A stretch of DNA of 35,623 nt, taken from contig CAISYW010000202.1 of NCBI GenBank assembly GCA_903889795.1, positions 1-35,623 on the forward strand. The letters run 5' to 3'. This document shows positions 1-8,860 of this stretch, piece by piece. Under the pieces are notes generated by a model. The model saw only the letters and a program-made list of their open reading frames with translations. It did no database searches and was not told where the DNA came from. A program made the position numbers and the translations under genes. The stretch comes from an uncultured Chlamydiae bacterium (GTDB lineage Bacteria; Chlamydiota; Chlamydiia; Chlamydiales; SM23-39). How positions within the stretch are numbered: position 1 is the stretch's first letter; each line of letters starts with the position of its first letter.

Positions 1-213
1 GAATTGCTCAAACGACTCATGCCATCTTACGATCATATTCTTTTGTTTAATCGGTCGCCGCTACATAGTGCGGAATGCGCAGCTTTGCTTGCAATCAACC
101 AAACTGCCGCCGTCACAATTTTTGAAGAGTCAATTGAGTTGTTGACACCGTTTATCCAATGGGCGTACGATGACCAACGATGCCGTTTAACTTTTCTCAC
201 AACTAGTTGTTAA
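1..213 (+). CDS. 3' end of an unidentified CDS that begins upstream of the window
   Basis: Frame 1 is open from base 1 to TAA at 211-213; the track ORF 4..213 is only its TTG-initiated part. The stop lies 2 nt before the ATG of the next gene, suggesting co-transcription. No motif I recognise. Confidence 0.35.
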   Translation, partial: ELLKRLMPSYDHILLFNRSPLHSAECAALLAINQTAAVTIFEESIELLTPFIQWAYDDQRCRLTFLTTSC

Positions 214-215
214 TC

Positions 216-1187
216 ATGAGGAATTTAGGTAGAAAAAGAATTCTTGTCACGGGAGGCGCCGGTTTTTTAGGCTCCCACCTGTGCGAACGTCTCTTGAAAG
301 AAGGGCATGAGGTTCTCTGTGTCGATAATTTTTTTACCGGCAATCGGGAGAATATTTTTCATCTTTTATCTCAGCCGCGTTTTGAAGTGATTCGTCATGA
401 TATTTGTCTACCTTTGTACGTGGAAGTGGACGAAATTTTCAACTTCGCTTGTCCGGCTTCTCCTCTTCACTATCAGGCGGATCCCATTCAAACGATCAAG
501 ACAAGCGTTCTGGGTTCGATTCACCTGTTGGGCTTGGCAAAGCGGCTCAATGCGAAAATTTTTCAAGCTTCAACGAGCGAAGTATACGGGGATCCAGCGA
601 TGCATCCTCAGTCTGAAGATTATTGGGGGAACGTAAATCCAATTGGTTTTCGATCCTGTTATGATGAGGGAAAGCGCTGTGCTGAAACGCTTTTTGTCGA
701 TTATCATCGTAAGCATAACGTGCGGATCAAGATTGGACGCATTTTCAATACTTATGGTCCGCGCATGCATCCTAATGATGGCCGCGTAGTATCCAATTTA
801 ATTGTTCAAGCTCTTTGCAATCATCCACTGACGATCTATGGCGACGGAACCCAGACGCGTTCTTTTTGCTATGTGGACGATCTCATCGATGTTGCAATCC
901 GCATGATGGATTCATCGGATGAAGTGATTGGCCCCGTCAATATCGGTAATCCTGTTGAGTATCGGATTGTCGATTTAGCAAAACAAATCCAGCATTTGAC
1001 CGGTTCACGATCGCCGATCATTTTCAAGCCGCTTCCCTCCGATGATCCCAAGCAGCGGCGGCCTGATATTCGCAGCGCGCGCGAACTGTTAGGATGGGAG
1101 CCAAAGGTTCTTCTCGAGCAGGGTCTCAAACAGACTATTGCTTATTTCGATTCCGTTCTATCTGCCGGCAAGCAAGGACCTTTTTAA
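216..1187 (+). CDS. UDP-glucuronate decarboxylase / UDP-xylose synthase-type extended SDR
   Basis: ATG at 216 (the track ORF starts at TTG 207). Rossmann motif [18 protein letters not shown] and YDEGKR (Ser / Tyr-x3-Lys), plus IFNTYGPRM and [10 protein letters not shown] blocks typical of UXS-type decarboxylases. Confidence 0.85.
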   Translation: MRNLGRKRILVTGGAGFLGSHLCERLLKEGHEVLCVDNFFTGNRENIFHLLSQPRFEVIRHDICLPLYVEVDEIFNFACPASPLHYQADPIQTIKTSVLGSIHLLGLAKRLNAKIFQASTSEVYGDPAMHPQSEDYWGNVNPIGFRSCYDEGKRCAETLFVDYHRKHNVRIKIGRIFNTYGPRMHPNDGRVVSNLIVQALCNHPLTIYGDGTQTRSFCYVDDLIDVAIRMMDSSDEVIGPVNIGNPVEYRIVDLAKQIQHLTGSRSPIIFKPLPSDDPKQRRPDIRSARELLGWEPKVLLEQGLKQTIAYFDSVLSAGKQGPF

Positions 1188-1206
1188 TCGGGCAGGGGCA
1201 GGGAGT

Positions 1207-4200
1207 CTATTGATGCCGGTTATTAATTTCGCGCCATTTCCGAATGACCTCTGCCGCTAGTGGAGCGGCTTCCTTTCCGCCATCTCCGTAGCGAAGGTAA
1301 ACGACGACGATGAGTTCGGGTTTTTCCCATCGCTCTTTGTGCGATTTAATGGATTCGGCGGGGGGAAACGCGATCGCGCCAAACCAGATGTGCTTGTAAA
1401 TATAAGACGAAGAGGAGGGGTTGCAGTCGGGATGGCAGGAAATTTCAGCGGTACTGGTTTTTCCGATCATCTGATGCTGCAGAGCAAGAAAATCGCGAAG
1501 CTGGTTGGGATGTCCGTTGAGACCTTTGATGATACTGGGTCGTGCGCTGCCTTTCGGCCCCCAGATGACCCGGTCCATTCCCTCGCATAGCATATGGCGG
1601 ATGGAAGGAGCCAGGTTGCATTGATGTTCTGTTGGAAAAATTTTCTTTTTGATCAGTGTGGGAGTGCAAAGCCGTCCGCCGTTGGCCACTGCGGCAAGCA
1701 TTCTTGCGGCTTGTAGTGGCGTCGTTACAAGGGTGTGTTGTCCAATCGCAAAAGAGTAGAGGCCGGTACGGTTTGTATGAAGGTCTGTGGGGAGTCGTCC
1801 TTTGATTTCTCCCGGTAAATCAATCCCGGTACGCTCGCCTAAACCAAAATCGGCTGCTGTTTGTGTCAAATCGTCAGGATCTGAGAGGAAATCTCCTGCC
1901 AGAATGGCGAAATAGGGGTTGCTCGATTGTTCAAGCGCTCCAATAAGATCGACCTTTCCAATATTGGGCATATGGCTTCGGGGCAGTCTCCCTCCCTTGT
2001 AATGTCGATAGAATGGTTTATGATCGAGCGATGTTGCGACAACATCAAAGCCGGCATCATCAAATAAAACGAGAGGCGAGGAAGCAAAGCTGTCTTGATT
2101 GAGAGCGGCGGCGGCGGTGACGAGTTTAAATAAAGAGCCCATAGGGGCCGCGCTTTGATAGGCATGGCTGCGGCTAAATCCAAAGCCGCCAATCGGATAA
2201 AAAGCTGCGGCGAGATCTCGTTCGGTCTGCTCCCCCTTTTTGCCTCTCAAGTGACGATAGGATCCCCATAGAGGTCTTTCGAGTTCGCGAAACGAACGCA
2301 TGGTTTTGAGCCATTGTATAAGATCAGCTTCTTTCACATTGACGCTAGACTCTCGGAGCAGAGACCAGTCGCTCATTTGCTGGAGGGAGATATTCAGATA
2401 TTGCCGCGATTGTTCAGGTAAAATCGCCGTTTTTGGGTTTAATAGCGAAGCGAGAAGAGGAAAGCGGATTTTTTGCCAAAGCTCTTCAAATAGATCTCGT
2501 TCTTTTTGATCGAGATAATCGATATAGGGCCTTGCGTAGGTCTTTTTTTCTTTTTCCTCGCGTCGTATTTGTTGAAGAAATTCCTTTTGATTCAGGGTGC
2601 GCCAAGCGCGAAATTCCGTTTGATGGAAGATCTTTTGACATTGCAAGCGCACTTCTTGTTCCGCTCGTTGGAGCGATTGCGTAAGCGATCGATAGGTGGA
2701 AAGTTTGATGGAACCAACTCGTTCGACGAGCTCATCGGTGAAGGCGGGGCTATAGACGACGATTCGACTCATGTCGAGAGCAAACAGCTTGTCTTTGTTA
2801 TGAGGAACCTCCTTGAGAAGAGATTCGAGCCGCCGCCAAGGGGGCATGGCATCGCGGGCATTATTTTGCAGAGCTTCGAGGGCAGCATTTTTGTTTGCCT
2901 CTGTGATGTTTTGCATGCATAGGCTGCCATCGGGAAAGAGCAGATCGATCAACAGAGATGGGTCAGGGTTATTCGCATAGTAGAGCAGCGCTTCAAAATC
3001 TTCTTGCATCTGAATCGCGGTTTGAATGTTGTCGATTCGAGTCCATAGAGTAAAAAGGGGGCTGTCGGCGGGAAGAGTCTGTTGCAGATAGGTTTCCCAA
3101 ATCAGAGGTTTTTCTTCATCTTGTTTTAGGCCTTCTCGAAAGAAACAATCCTTGCCATCCCAGAGGTTGGCTATGTAGCGATCGCTTTCCAGCCAGCGAT
3201 GGATTCGATGCATTTTTTGTTCGCGGTTTGAAGTTGTGATAAAATCGTTTGGATCAAATCGAGGTATTCCGGCTAAAGCGATCACTTCTCCGTTATTGGG
3301 ATCGAGCGCGACGATGGCTCCCCCCTTGATCAGGGGTTGTTTTAAAAATTTTCGTCCTTTGGTTTGAGGATCGAGACCCGCGCTGCATCGATCTCGTGTT
3401 TTTTCATTTTGAATCAGGAGGGATTCGCAAAATTGCTGCAGTTCCGCAGAAAGAGACAGGGCGATGGTTCGTCCGGCTGTGGGCTCTTTGCCTCCCGGTA
3501 ATTCGCGAAGACAGGTCCCCTTCCGGTCAACTTCAAATATTTTTTTTCCATAAAGGCCGCGCAATTCTTGCTCGTATTGTTTTTCGATCCCGGTCTTCCC
3601 AACCAAGTCGTTCAACGTGTAAGCTTTTTCTTTTAATTCTCGGAAACGGTTTAAAAGCGCACTTTTTTCTCCGTCTTCAGCAATCATCTGCTGGAGAAGG
3701 TCGATTTCACCAGCGATATCGAGGTATTCTTTTTGGCTAATGGCTCCCAGGTGCCCGATCACGGATGCCGCCGTTTTGCCATGAGGGTAAGTGCGCTCTA
3801 AAGAGATCGCCGCATGCAACCCCAGCCATTCTCGCTCGAGTGCTCGCAGGCGATAGTACTTCTGTTCGGAGATGTTGGACTTGATGATGAATGGAACGTG
3901 AGGAAAAAGCGATGCCTTTGCGTGAATGAGATCTTCGATTCGTTCCGGGTCCATCTCGAGCTCTTGGCTCAATATGCGAGCCAGATTGCGGATATAATCT
4001 CTTCTCGTAAAAACGCGTACACGTTGTCCTGCTTCATCCGTAGACCAGGTGGTGGAGGGAATTTGCGCGAACTGTCCGTAGTAAATCGATGCATTATAAC
4101 AAATGCGGTTTGTGGCTAGCGGGATGCCAAATCGATCAACGATAGCGCCTCGTTCGGCTTGCTGAATAATTGTGCGGCGCTGTGGTTTTTGGGCCTCTTG

Positions 4201-4314
4201 AAGCTTTTCCTCGCGCTGAACGACCGTCAGATGCCAGATTCGAAAGACAATGAGCAAAAAAGCGCCCAGAAAGATTTGAAGGAGCCGATTTGATTTTTGC
4301 AGCGGAGAGGCCAT
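1207..4314 (-). CDS. pbp2: Penicillin-binding protein 2-type peptidoglycan transpeptidase (oversized chlamydial form)
   Basis: 1035-aa ORF with an N-terminal membrane anchor (LLQIFLGAFLLIVFRIW). C-terminal transpeptidase motifs are S-L-F-K (SxxK), S-S-N (SxN) and K-T-S-T (a variant of KTG). Several hundred extra residues lie between the N-terminal domain and the transpeptidase, as in chlamydial PBP2. Confidence 0.8.
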   Translation of the reverse strand: MASPLQKSNRLLQIFLGAFLLIVFRIWHLTVVQREEKLQEAQKPQRRTIIQQAERGAIVDRFGIPLATNRICYNASIYYGQFAQIPSTTWSTDEAGQRVRVFTRRDYIRNLARILSQELEMDPERIEDLIHAKASLFPHVPFIIKSNISEQKYYRLRALEREWLGLHAAISLERTYPHGKTAASVIGHLGAISQKEYLDIAGEIDLLQQMIAEDGEKSALLNRFRELKEKAYTLNDLVGKTGIEKQYEQELRGLYGKKIFEVDRKGTCLRELPGGKEPTAGRTIALSLSAELQQFCESLLIQNEKTRDRCSAGLDPQTKGRKFLKQPLIKGGAIVALDPNNGEVIALAGIPRFDPNDFITTSNREQKMHRIHRWLESDRYIANLWDGKDCFFREGLKQDEEKPLIWETYLQQTLPADSPLFTLWTRIDNIQTAIQMQEDFEALLYYANNPDPSLLIDLLFPDGSLCMQNITEANKNAALEALQNNARDAMPPWRRLESLLKEVPHNKDKLFALDMSRIVVYSPAFTDELVERVGSIKLSTYRSLTQSLQRAEQEVRLQCQKIFHQTEFRAWRTLNQKEFLQQIRREEKEKKTYARPYIDYLDQKERDLFEELWQKIRFPLLASLLNPKTAILPEQSRQYLNISLQQMSDWSLLRESSVNVKEADLIQWLKTMRSFRELERPLWGSYRHLRGKKGEQTERDLAAAFYPIGGFGFSRSHAYQSAAPMGSLFKLVTAAAALNQDSFASSPLVLFDDAGFDVVATSLDHKPFYRHYKGGRLPRSHMPNIGKVDLIGALEQSSNPYFAILAGDFLSDPDDLTQTAADFGLGERTGIDLPGEIKGRLPTDLHTNRTGLYSFAIGQHTLVTTPLQAARMLAAVANGGRLCTPTLIKKKIFPTEHQCNLAPSIRHMLCEGMDRVIWGPKGSARPSIIKGLNGHPNQLRDFLALQHQMIGKTSTAEISCHPDCNPSSSSYIYKHIWFGAIAFPPAESIKSHKERWEKPELIVVVYLRYGDGGKEAAPLAAEVIRKWREINNRHQ

Positions 4315-4534
4315 ACTACTATTGAAATCGTACAGAAATTTTTATGCGAGAAAAATGAAATGTTTTCCGTCTGAATATGCAAAAAAATAATTATAATACA
4401 GACAATACTTTAGAGAGGAGGGCAGGGGAAGATTTTCATGAGAAGGAAGGGTTGATCTTTCTTGCAATAAATCGCTTTCTCAAGTAAAACTACTATTTCT
4501 ATTTTTTTAAGAGCTCCTGTAGGAGTGTCTTAAT

Positions 4535-4605
4535 GCGCCTGTCGTACAATGGTAGTACAGTAGCCTTCCAAGCTACGAGTGTCAGTTCGATTCTGTCCAG
4601 GCGCT
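4535..4605 (+). tRNA. tRNA-Gly (anticodon UCC)
   Basis: Hand-folded cloverleaf: acceptor GCGCCTG/CAGGCGC, D arm GTAC-AATGGTA-GTAC, anticodon stem GTAGC/GCTAC with loop CTTCCAA, T loop TTCGATT (one U-U mismatch in the T stem). No encoded CCA. Confidence 0.85.
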
Positions 4606-4649
4606 AGTGTTTAACGCAGACGGGGATTGTCCCTGTCGATCATAAGAAC

Positions 4650-5480
4650 ATGAGGAGCATGGGTTTGGCTACAGCAGAGCAATACGAAGTAGCAGTAACA
4701 ATTAAGGGTTTGATCGAGTCTGGGGCCCATTTTGGCCATCAAACACGTCGCTGGAATCCAAAAATGCGTCGCTTTATTTTCGAGGAGCGCAACGGGATTT
4801 ACATCATCGATTTGGCTAAGACCTTGCAGCAAATTCGTGCAGCAGTGTCCGTGGTTCGTGAAACGGTCAGCAAGCGAAAGTCGATTTTGTTTGTTGGAAC
4901 GAAAAAACAGGCCAAGATTGTCATTAAAGATTGCGCGGAAGAGTGCGGTGAGTTTTATGTATGCGAGCGTTGGTTGGGCGGCACTTTGACCAATCTAACG
5001 ACGATTCGCCAATCTGTTAAAACGATGGAACGAATTGAAAAACGACTTGCGGCCGGTGGAGAAGGCTTGAAGAAGAAAGAGATTTCTCTTCAGACTAAAG
5101 AGCTTGTCAAACTCAACCGTAACTTGTCAGGAATTCGTGCCATGCGCAAGCCGCCCGGGCTCTTGATTGTCGTCGATCCGGGTCGTGAGCATATCGCTGT
5201 CGCGGAAGCCAATAAATTGGGCATTCCCGTGATGGCTCTGGTTGACACGAATTGCGATCCCGATCCGATTGATTATGTGATTGCATGCAATGATGACGCT
5301 CTTAAGAGCATCAAGATCATATTGAACGCATTGATGCAGGGGATTATCGACATTAAAAACGACAGGGATCTTCCTAGTTCGAAAGGCGATGAAGAGAATG
5401 TATCGTCCGATGAGGATGAAGATGATGATGAGGAAAGTGAAGAAGGAGAAGAGTCTCCTGATGACAAGGGTGGGAAATGA
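4650..5480 (+). CDS. rpsB: 30S ribosomal protein S2
   Basis: The HFGHQTRRWNPKM signature and overall S2 blocks are present. The stop overlaps the tsf start (ATGA). Carries an acidic C-terminal tail. Confidence 0.95.
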   Translation: MRSMGLATAEQYEVAVTIKGLIESGAHFGHQTRRWNPKMRRFIFEERNGIYIIDLAKTLQQIRAAVSVVRETVSKRKSILFVGTKKQAKIVIKDCAEECGEFYVCERWLGGTLTNLTTIRQSVKTMERIEKRLAAGGEGLKKKEISLQTKELVKLNRNLSGIRAMRKPPGLLIVVDPGREHIAVAEANKLGIPVMALVDTNCDPDPIDYVIACNDDALKSIKIILNALMQGIIDIKNDRDLPSSKGDEENVSSDEDEDDDEESEEGEESPDDKGGK

Positions 5481-6325
5481 GGGAAATCACATCTGACATG
5501 ATTAAGGAGCTTCGGGAACGAAGCGGCGTAGGAATGGGAAAGTGCAAAGAAGCGCTTGTCCTCGCTGAAGGCGACATGGAAAAAGCGATCGATATTTTGC
5601 GCAAGTCTGGTTTGGCTGCGGCCGTTAAAAAAGAGGGTCGCGAGACAAAAGAGGGGATGATTCAGACGGCGGATGATCGGTCTACTCTCGTGATTGCTGA
5701 AGCGAATGCGGAGACGGACTTCGTTGCGAAAAACGATCGGTTTAAGCATTTTCTTTACGACTGTGTCAAGCAGGCGCTTGAAACAAAGCCTAAATCTCTG
5801 TCGGATTTTCTTCTTCAGCCCTACTTCAAAGATAAATCAATCACTATCGATCAGTACCGAAATTTGGTTATTCAAGCTCTTGGTGAAAATATACAGCTAA
5901 AACGGCTGGAGATTGTTCACAAGCACCCCAATTGCTCGTATGGAATTTATTCCCACATGGGCGGTAAGTTAGTTGTTGTCGTCGAAATGGAAGGTGCTTC
6001 CGATCAAGAGGGGATAGCTAAAGAAATTGCGATGCATGTGGCTGCGGAAAATCCTGATTATTTGAAGCCAGAAGAGATTCCGGCGCATGTATTAGCTCGT
6101 GAAGAAGAGATTGCGCGCTCGCAAGTCCAAGACAAACCGGCTAATATTGTCGATAAGATCGTCGCCGGCAAGTTAAAAGCGTATACGGATCAGGTTTGTC
6201 TCGTTCACCAAAAATATGTGAAAGATAATAGCGTGACAATCCAGCAATTTCTCGATGTCTGTTCGAAGAAGTTAGAAAAAAAGTTCTCGATTCGCTGTTT
6301 CTGGCGTTGGAAAGTCGGTCAATAG
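5477..6325 (+). CDS. tsf: Elongation factor Ts
   Basis: N-terminal UBA-like block ITSDMIKELRERSGVGMGKCKEAL and EF-Ts core blocks (AETDFVAKN, HVAAENP). Translationally coupled to rpsB. Confidence 0.95.
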   Translation: MREITSDMIKELRERSGVGMGKCKEALVLAEGDMEKAIDILRKSGLAAAVKKEGRETKEGMIQTADDRSTLVIAEANAETDFVAKNDRFKHFLYDCVKQALETKPKSLSDFLLQPYFKDKSITIDQYRNLVIQALGENIQLKRLEIVHKHPNCSYGIYSHMGGKLVVVVEMEGASDQEGIAKEIAMHVAAENPDYLKPEEIPAHVLAREEEIARSQVQDKPANIVDKIVAGKLKAYTDQVCLVHQKYVKDNSVTIQQFLDVCSKKLEKKFSIRCFWRWKVGQ

Positions 6326-6382
6326 TGTATCCGTGTAAATTCCTCGATGTTTATCATCGGGGAATTTTCTTCAATAAATTTA

Positions 6383-6418
6383 ATACCATGAACCTTTGGC
6401 TTCATGGTATGATTTTCT
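6383..6418 (+). terminator. Rho-independent terminator candidate downstream of tsf
   Basis: Perfect 10-bp stem ATACCATGAA/TTCATGGTAT with an 8-nt loop, followed by GATTTTCT, about 57 nt after the tsf stop. Confidence 0.5.
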
Positions 6419-6521
6419 CAAGTCCATTTTCGCTGGGTTATGAATATATTTCTGATTCTTTGACTTTGTTGAGGGATTTACGGCGCGACGGACTTATTTT
6501 CAATGAACGAGTGGGTGTATT

Positions 6522-7076
6522 ATGAGCAATATCGATGCGCAAATTAAAGCCGCGATGCAGGCTGTTTTAGATCACCTCAAAGGTGAGTTAAGGAGTCTCA
6601 GGACGGGACGGGCCAATTCAGCAATGTTGGACAAAGTGCAGGTTGAGGTTTATGGCAATCATATGCCGATAAAAAATCTCGCCAGTGTGACTGTTCCTGA
6701 GTCGCGTCAAATTTTAATCTCTCCTTTTGATGCTAGTTCGATTCATGCGATTGCTAAGGCGATTGACGCTACAAATATCGGTCTGCACGCTGTTGTAGAC
6801 GGCAAGGTTGTGCGTGTACACGTCCCCCCGATGGATGAGACCATCCGCAAGCAAATTGCCAAGCAGTGCAAGGAATTGGGTGAAAAATCAAAGATCGCAA
6901 TGCGTGATGTTCGCCGTAAGTATAACGAATTGGTGCGTAAGCAAAAGGCTGACGGCGTAATTCCGGAAGATCTCATGAAAAAATATGAAAAGACTGTTCA
7001 GGATTTGACAGAACGTTTCTGTAAGGATATCGATGCGGTTTGTGCAGATAAAGAAAAAGAGATCATGACTGTTTGA
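6522..7076 (+). CDS. frr: Ribosome recycling factor
   Basis: 184 aa, with typical RRF blocks (LRTGRANSAMLD, VEVYG, IRKQIAK, RDVRRKYNE). Confidence 0.95.
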   Translation: MSNIDAQIKAAMQAVLDHLKGELRSLRTGRANSAMLDKVQVEVYGNHMPIKNLASVTVPESRQILISPFDASSIHAIAKAIDATNIGLHAVVDGKVVRVHVPPMDETIRKQIAKQCKELGEKSKIAMRDVRRKYNELVRKQKADGVIPEDLMKKYEKTVQDLTERFCKDIDAVCADKEKEIMTV

Positions 7077-7269
7077 TTTTTTGGCGAAGTTCGTATGTCA
7101 TTGTTATGTATGGACTTCAATGTTTTGCTTAGATGGTTTGGCCGGTTTTTTTCTGGGGGTTGATGATCCTGTTTTTTTTCACATTTGCGGAAAATGACAT
7201 TGATAGTTTAAGATTGATAGCGTTTTTCATAGAGCCCTGAAGATAGAATTAAGGGTAGTGTTGTTAATT

Positions 7270-7344
7270 GGCCCCATCGTCTAGTCCGGCCTAGGACACC
7301 AGATTTTCATTCTGATAACACGGGTTCGAATCCCGTTGGGGTCA
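7270..7344 (+). tRNA. tRNA-Glu (anticodon UUC)
   Basis: Acceptor GGCCCCA/TGGGGTC, D region TCGTCTAGTCCGGCCTAGGACACC (close to E. coli tRNA-Glu), anticodon loop TTTTCAT, T arm CGGG-TTCGAAT-CCCG. Confidence 0.9.
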
Positions 7345-7358
7345 AATTTTTGAGTTAC

Positions 7359-7430
7359 GAGACTTTAGCTCAGTGGTAGAGCATCTCACTTTTAATGAGA
7401 GGGTCGTTGGTTCAAATCCAACAAGTCTCA
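7359..7430 (+). tRNA. tRNA-Lys (anticodon UUU)
   Basis: Acceptor GAGACTT/AAGTCTC, D arm GCTC-AGTGGTA-GAGC, anticodon stem TCTCA/TGAGA with loop CTTTTAA, T arm GTTGG-TTCAAAT-CCAAC. Confidence 0.9.
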
Positions 7431-7619
7431 ACTTTATAAAAGAATTTAGTTTTCACGACTAGATTTTATCTAAAATTTTATTCTTAATAAATTCAGACAA
7501 GCTTTTTAAATATAATATATGTTTTCATGGATTTTAAAAAAAAAATTAAATATAACTAAAAGAAGCGGAAATTTTCTAAAAAATAAATTTACTTAATACT
7601 AAAAATTATTTGGTTTTTT

Positions 7620-8390
7620 ATGATTTATGATGTAACAATTAAGTCTCACGAGAAAGATTCATACAAATTAGACTTAGTCTTAGATTCTCTAGTCCTATTG
7701 AATCCTCAACCAAATTATATATATATAATTTCACCTAGTGGTTTTCGACCTAATCATAGCTTTTATAGAAAAAAAATTATTTGTTTAAAGGATGATGAAG
7801 TAACGCCTTTTATTGATCGCGCAAGAATTTCAGTTATGCCAAATTGGGTCTGGACTAATTTAGTGTCATTAACGCAAAATTTCACTGAAAATGATTTTTA
7901 TCTCGACGTTCAATCGGATGTGTTTTTTTTGAAACAGATTAATTTATTCGATGAACTAGGGCGGCCGAAACTATTTAAAACTACATCTAACGAAGCTAAC
8001 AACAATAATGGGGAGAGCTCATATTTCAGATTTAGCAAGGAGATGTTTAGTGTAAATAAGATTACTGATGGTGATTCGTATATCATCGATTACACGATGT
8101 ATAATAAAACGATTGCCAAAAAAATTTATAGTAAATACCGTTCAGTTGAAGATATGCTGGAAGCTGCATATAAAGTTATCGATGAAAGTCGATTTCCAGC
8201 TGATGGAGAAATTTTCGGTAACTTCGTAGAAAAGTTTTTTCCTGATTTTTATTGTATTACTAGAGAAATAAATCATTGTTTTTCGGGTGTACGAAGTGGT
8301 GAGGGAAGAAGGTCTACTGTACTTGCATATATAAACAAGTGTAAGCAATCTTCGTTTATGAATTCCTGCGCCTTTCACGATTGGAAATAA
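7620..8390 (+). CDS. Hypothetical protein, possible GT-A-like nucleotide-sugar transferase
   Basis: 256-aa AT-rich ORF starting at ATG 7620. The block NWVWTNLVSLTQNF-x6-YLDVQSDVFF weakly resembles the region around the DxD motif of GT-A-type transferases. Composition becomes GC-richer in the last ~35 codons. Confidence 0.55.
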   Translation: MIYDVTIKSHEKDSYKLDLVLDSLVLLNPQPNYIYIISPSGFRPNHSFYRKKIICLKDDEVTPFIDRARISVMPNWVWTNLVSLTQNFTENDFYLDVQSDVFFLKQINLFDELGRPKLFKTTSNEANNNNGESSYFRFSKEMFSVNKITDGDSYIIDYTMYNKTIAKKIYSKYRSVEDMLEAAYKVIDESRFPADGEIFGNFVEKFFPDFYCITREINHCFSGVRSGEGRRSTVLAYINKCKQSSFMNSCAFHDWK

Positions 8391-8391
8391 T

Positions 8392-8576
8392 ATGACGGTT
8401 TCTGAAGCCAAACGAATGAGAGTTCTGGAATCTTAAAATGCCGCTCTGCTGGAGGAAAGAGGTATGTTGAGGAGTGGCGAGAAGAATCCAATGAATATCG
8501 TCCGCACAGTTCGCTGGGAGGGAAAGAGCCTTGTGAAGTAGCCAGAAGCGAAGAAAAAAGAGCGAAAATATCCTGA
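8392..8576 (+). pseudogene. C-terminal remnant of a DDE (rve-type, IS3/IS481-like) transposase
   Basis: The frame ending at TGA 8574-8576 reads YVEEWREESNEYRPHSSLGGKEPCEVA. This is the W-x3-YN-x2-RPH-x2-LGG-x-P signature found at the C-terminus of integrase-core transposases. The upstream piece (MTVSEAKRMRVLES) is in a different frame. No catalytic or N-terminal part is present. Confidence 0.6.
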
Positions 8577-8860
8577 ACCTCTATTACTAATCCACTCGTC
8601 AATTAAGTGACAAAAGGCTTGCTGTGCCTTTGCCATATTGATCCTCCCTCGTCAGCCATAGTTCTGCTATGGCCTTCATCCTTCGGACCGCTGCACTTCA
8701 ATCTGGACAAGGCTGCGGATTCGCACGAGAAGGTCCAGTGGACCTTCGCAGTGGAGAGCAGGTGAACAAAGCGAACCGGCCCGAAGATTGTGGCAAGCCG
8801 ACTCAGTCCAAAACCGATTTCTAAAGCATGTTCGGTATAGAAAAGCTTACAATCGACTTT

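Noticed and set aside
6307-6525. 72-aa ORF filling the tsf-frr gap (possible pyrH replacement)
   Set aside because: It overlaps the tsf 3' end and the frr start and runs through the terminator hairpin. It has no kinase motifs and is far too short for UMP kinase.
7536-7545. Homopolymer tracts as phase-variation switches: A10 upstream of the first island ORF, A9 within the 291-aa ORF at 9398-9406, T8 at 7924-7931
   Set aside because: Similar A/T9 runs occur in core genes (for example oppA at ~24141-24150 and ~24177-24186). They appear to be a general property of this genome and of AT-rich DNA rather than island-specific contingency loci. Only read-level length variation could revive the idea.
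8605-8620. Shared GTGACAAA 8-mer between the IS-scar downstream region and the inverted repeat of the 32465-32634 element
   Set aside because: A single 8-mer match between ~300-bp and ~170-bp sequences on two strands is expected by chance, and no extended similarity exists.
8375-8636. Minus-strand 67- and 75-aa ORFs over the transposase scar
   Set aside because: The + strand frame carries the clear RPHSSLGG transposase signature. The minus-strand translations are featureless.
8640-8860. SRP (4.5S) RNA-like motif GGTCCGAAGGATGAAGG on the minus strand
   Set aside because: It lacks the conserved GGAA/AGCAGC symmetric-loop context. The flanks do not fold into the single long hairpin expected for bacterial SRP RNA, and the apical loop is not GNRA.
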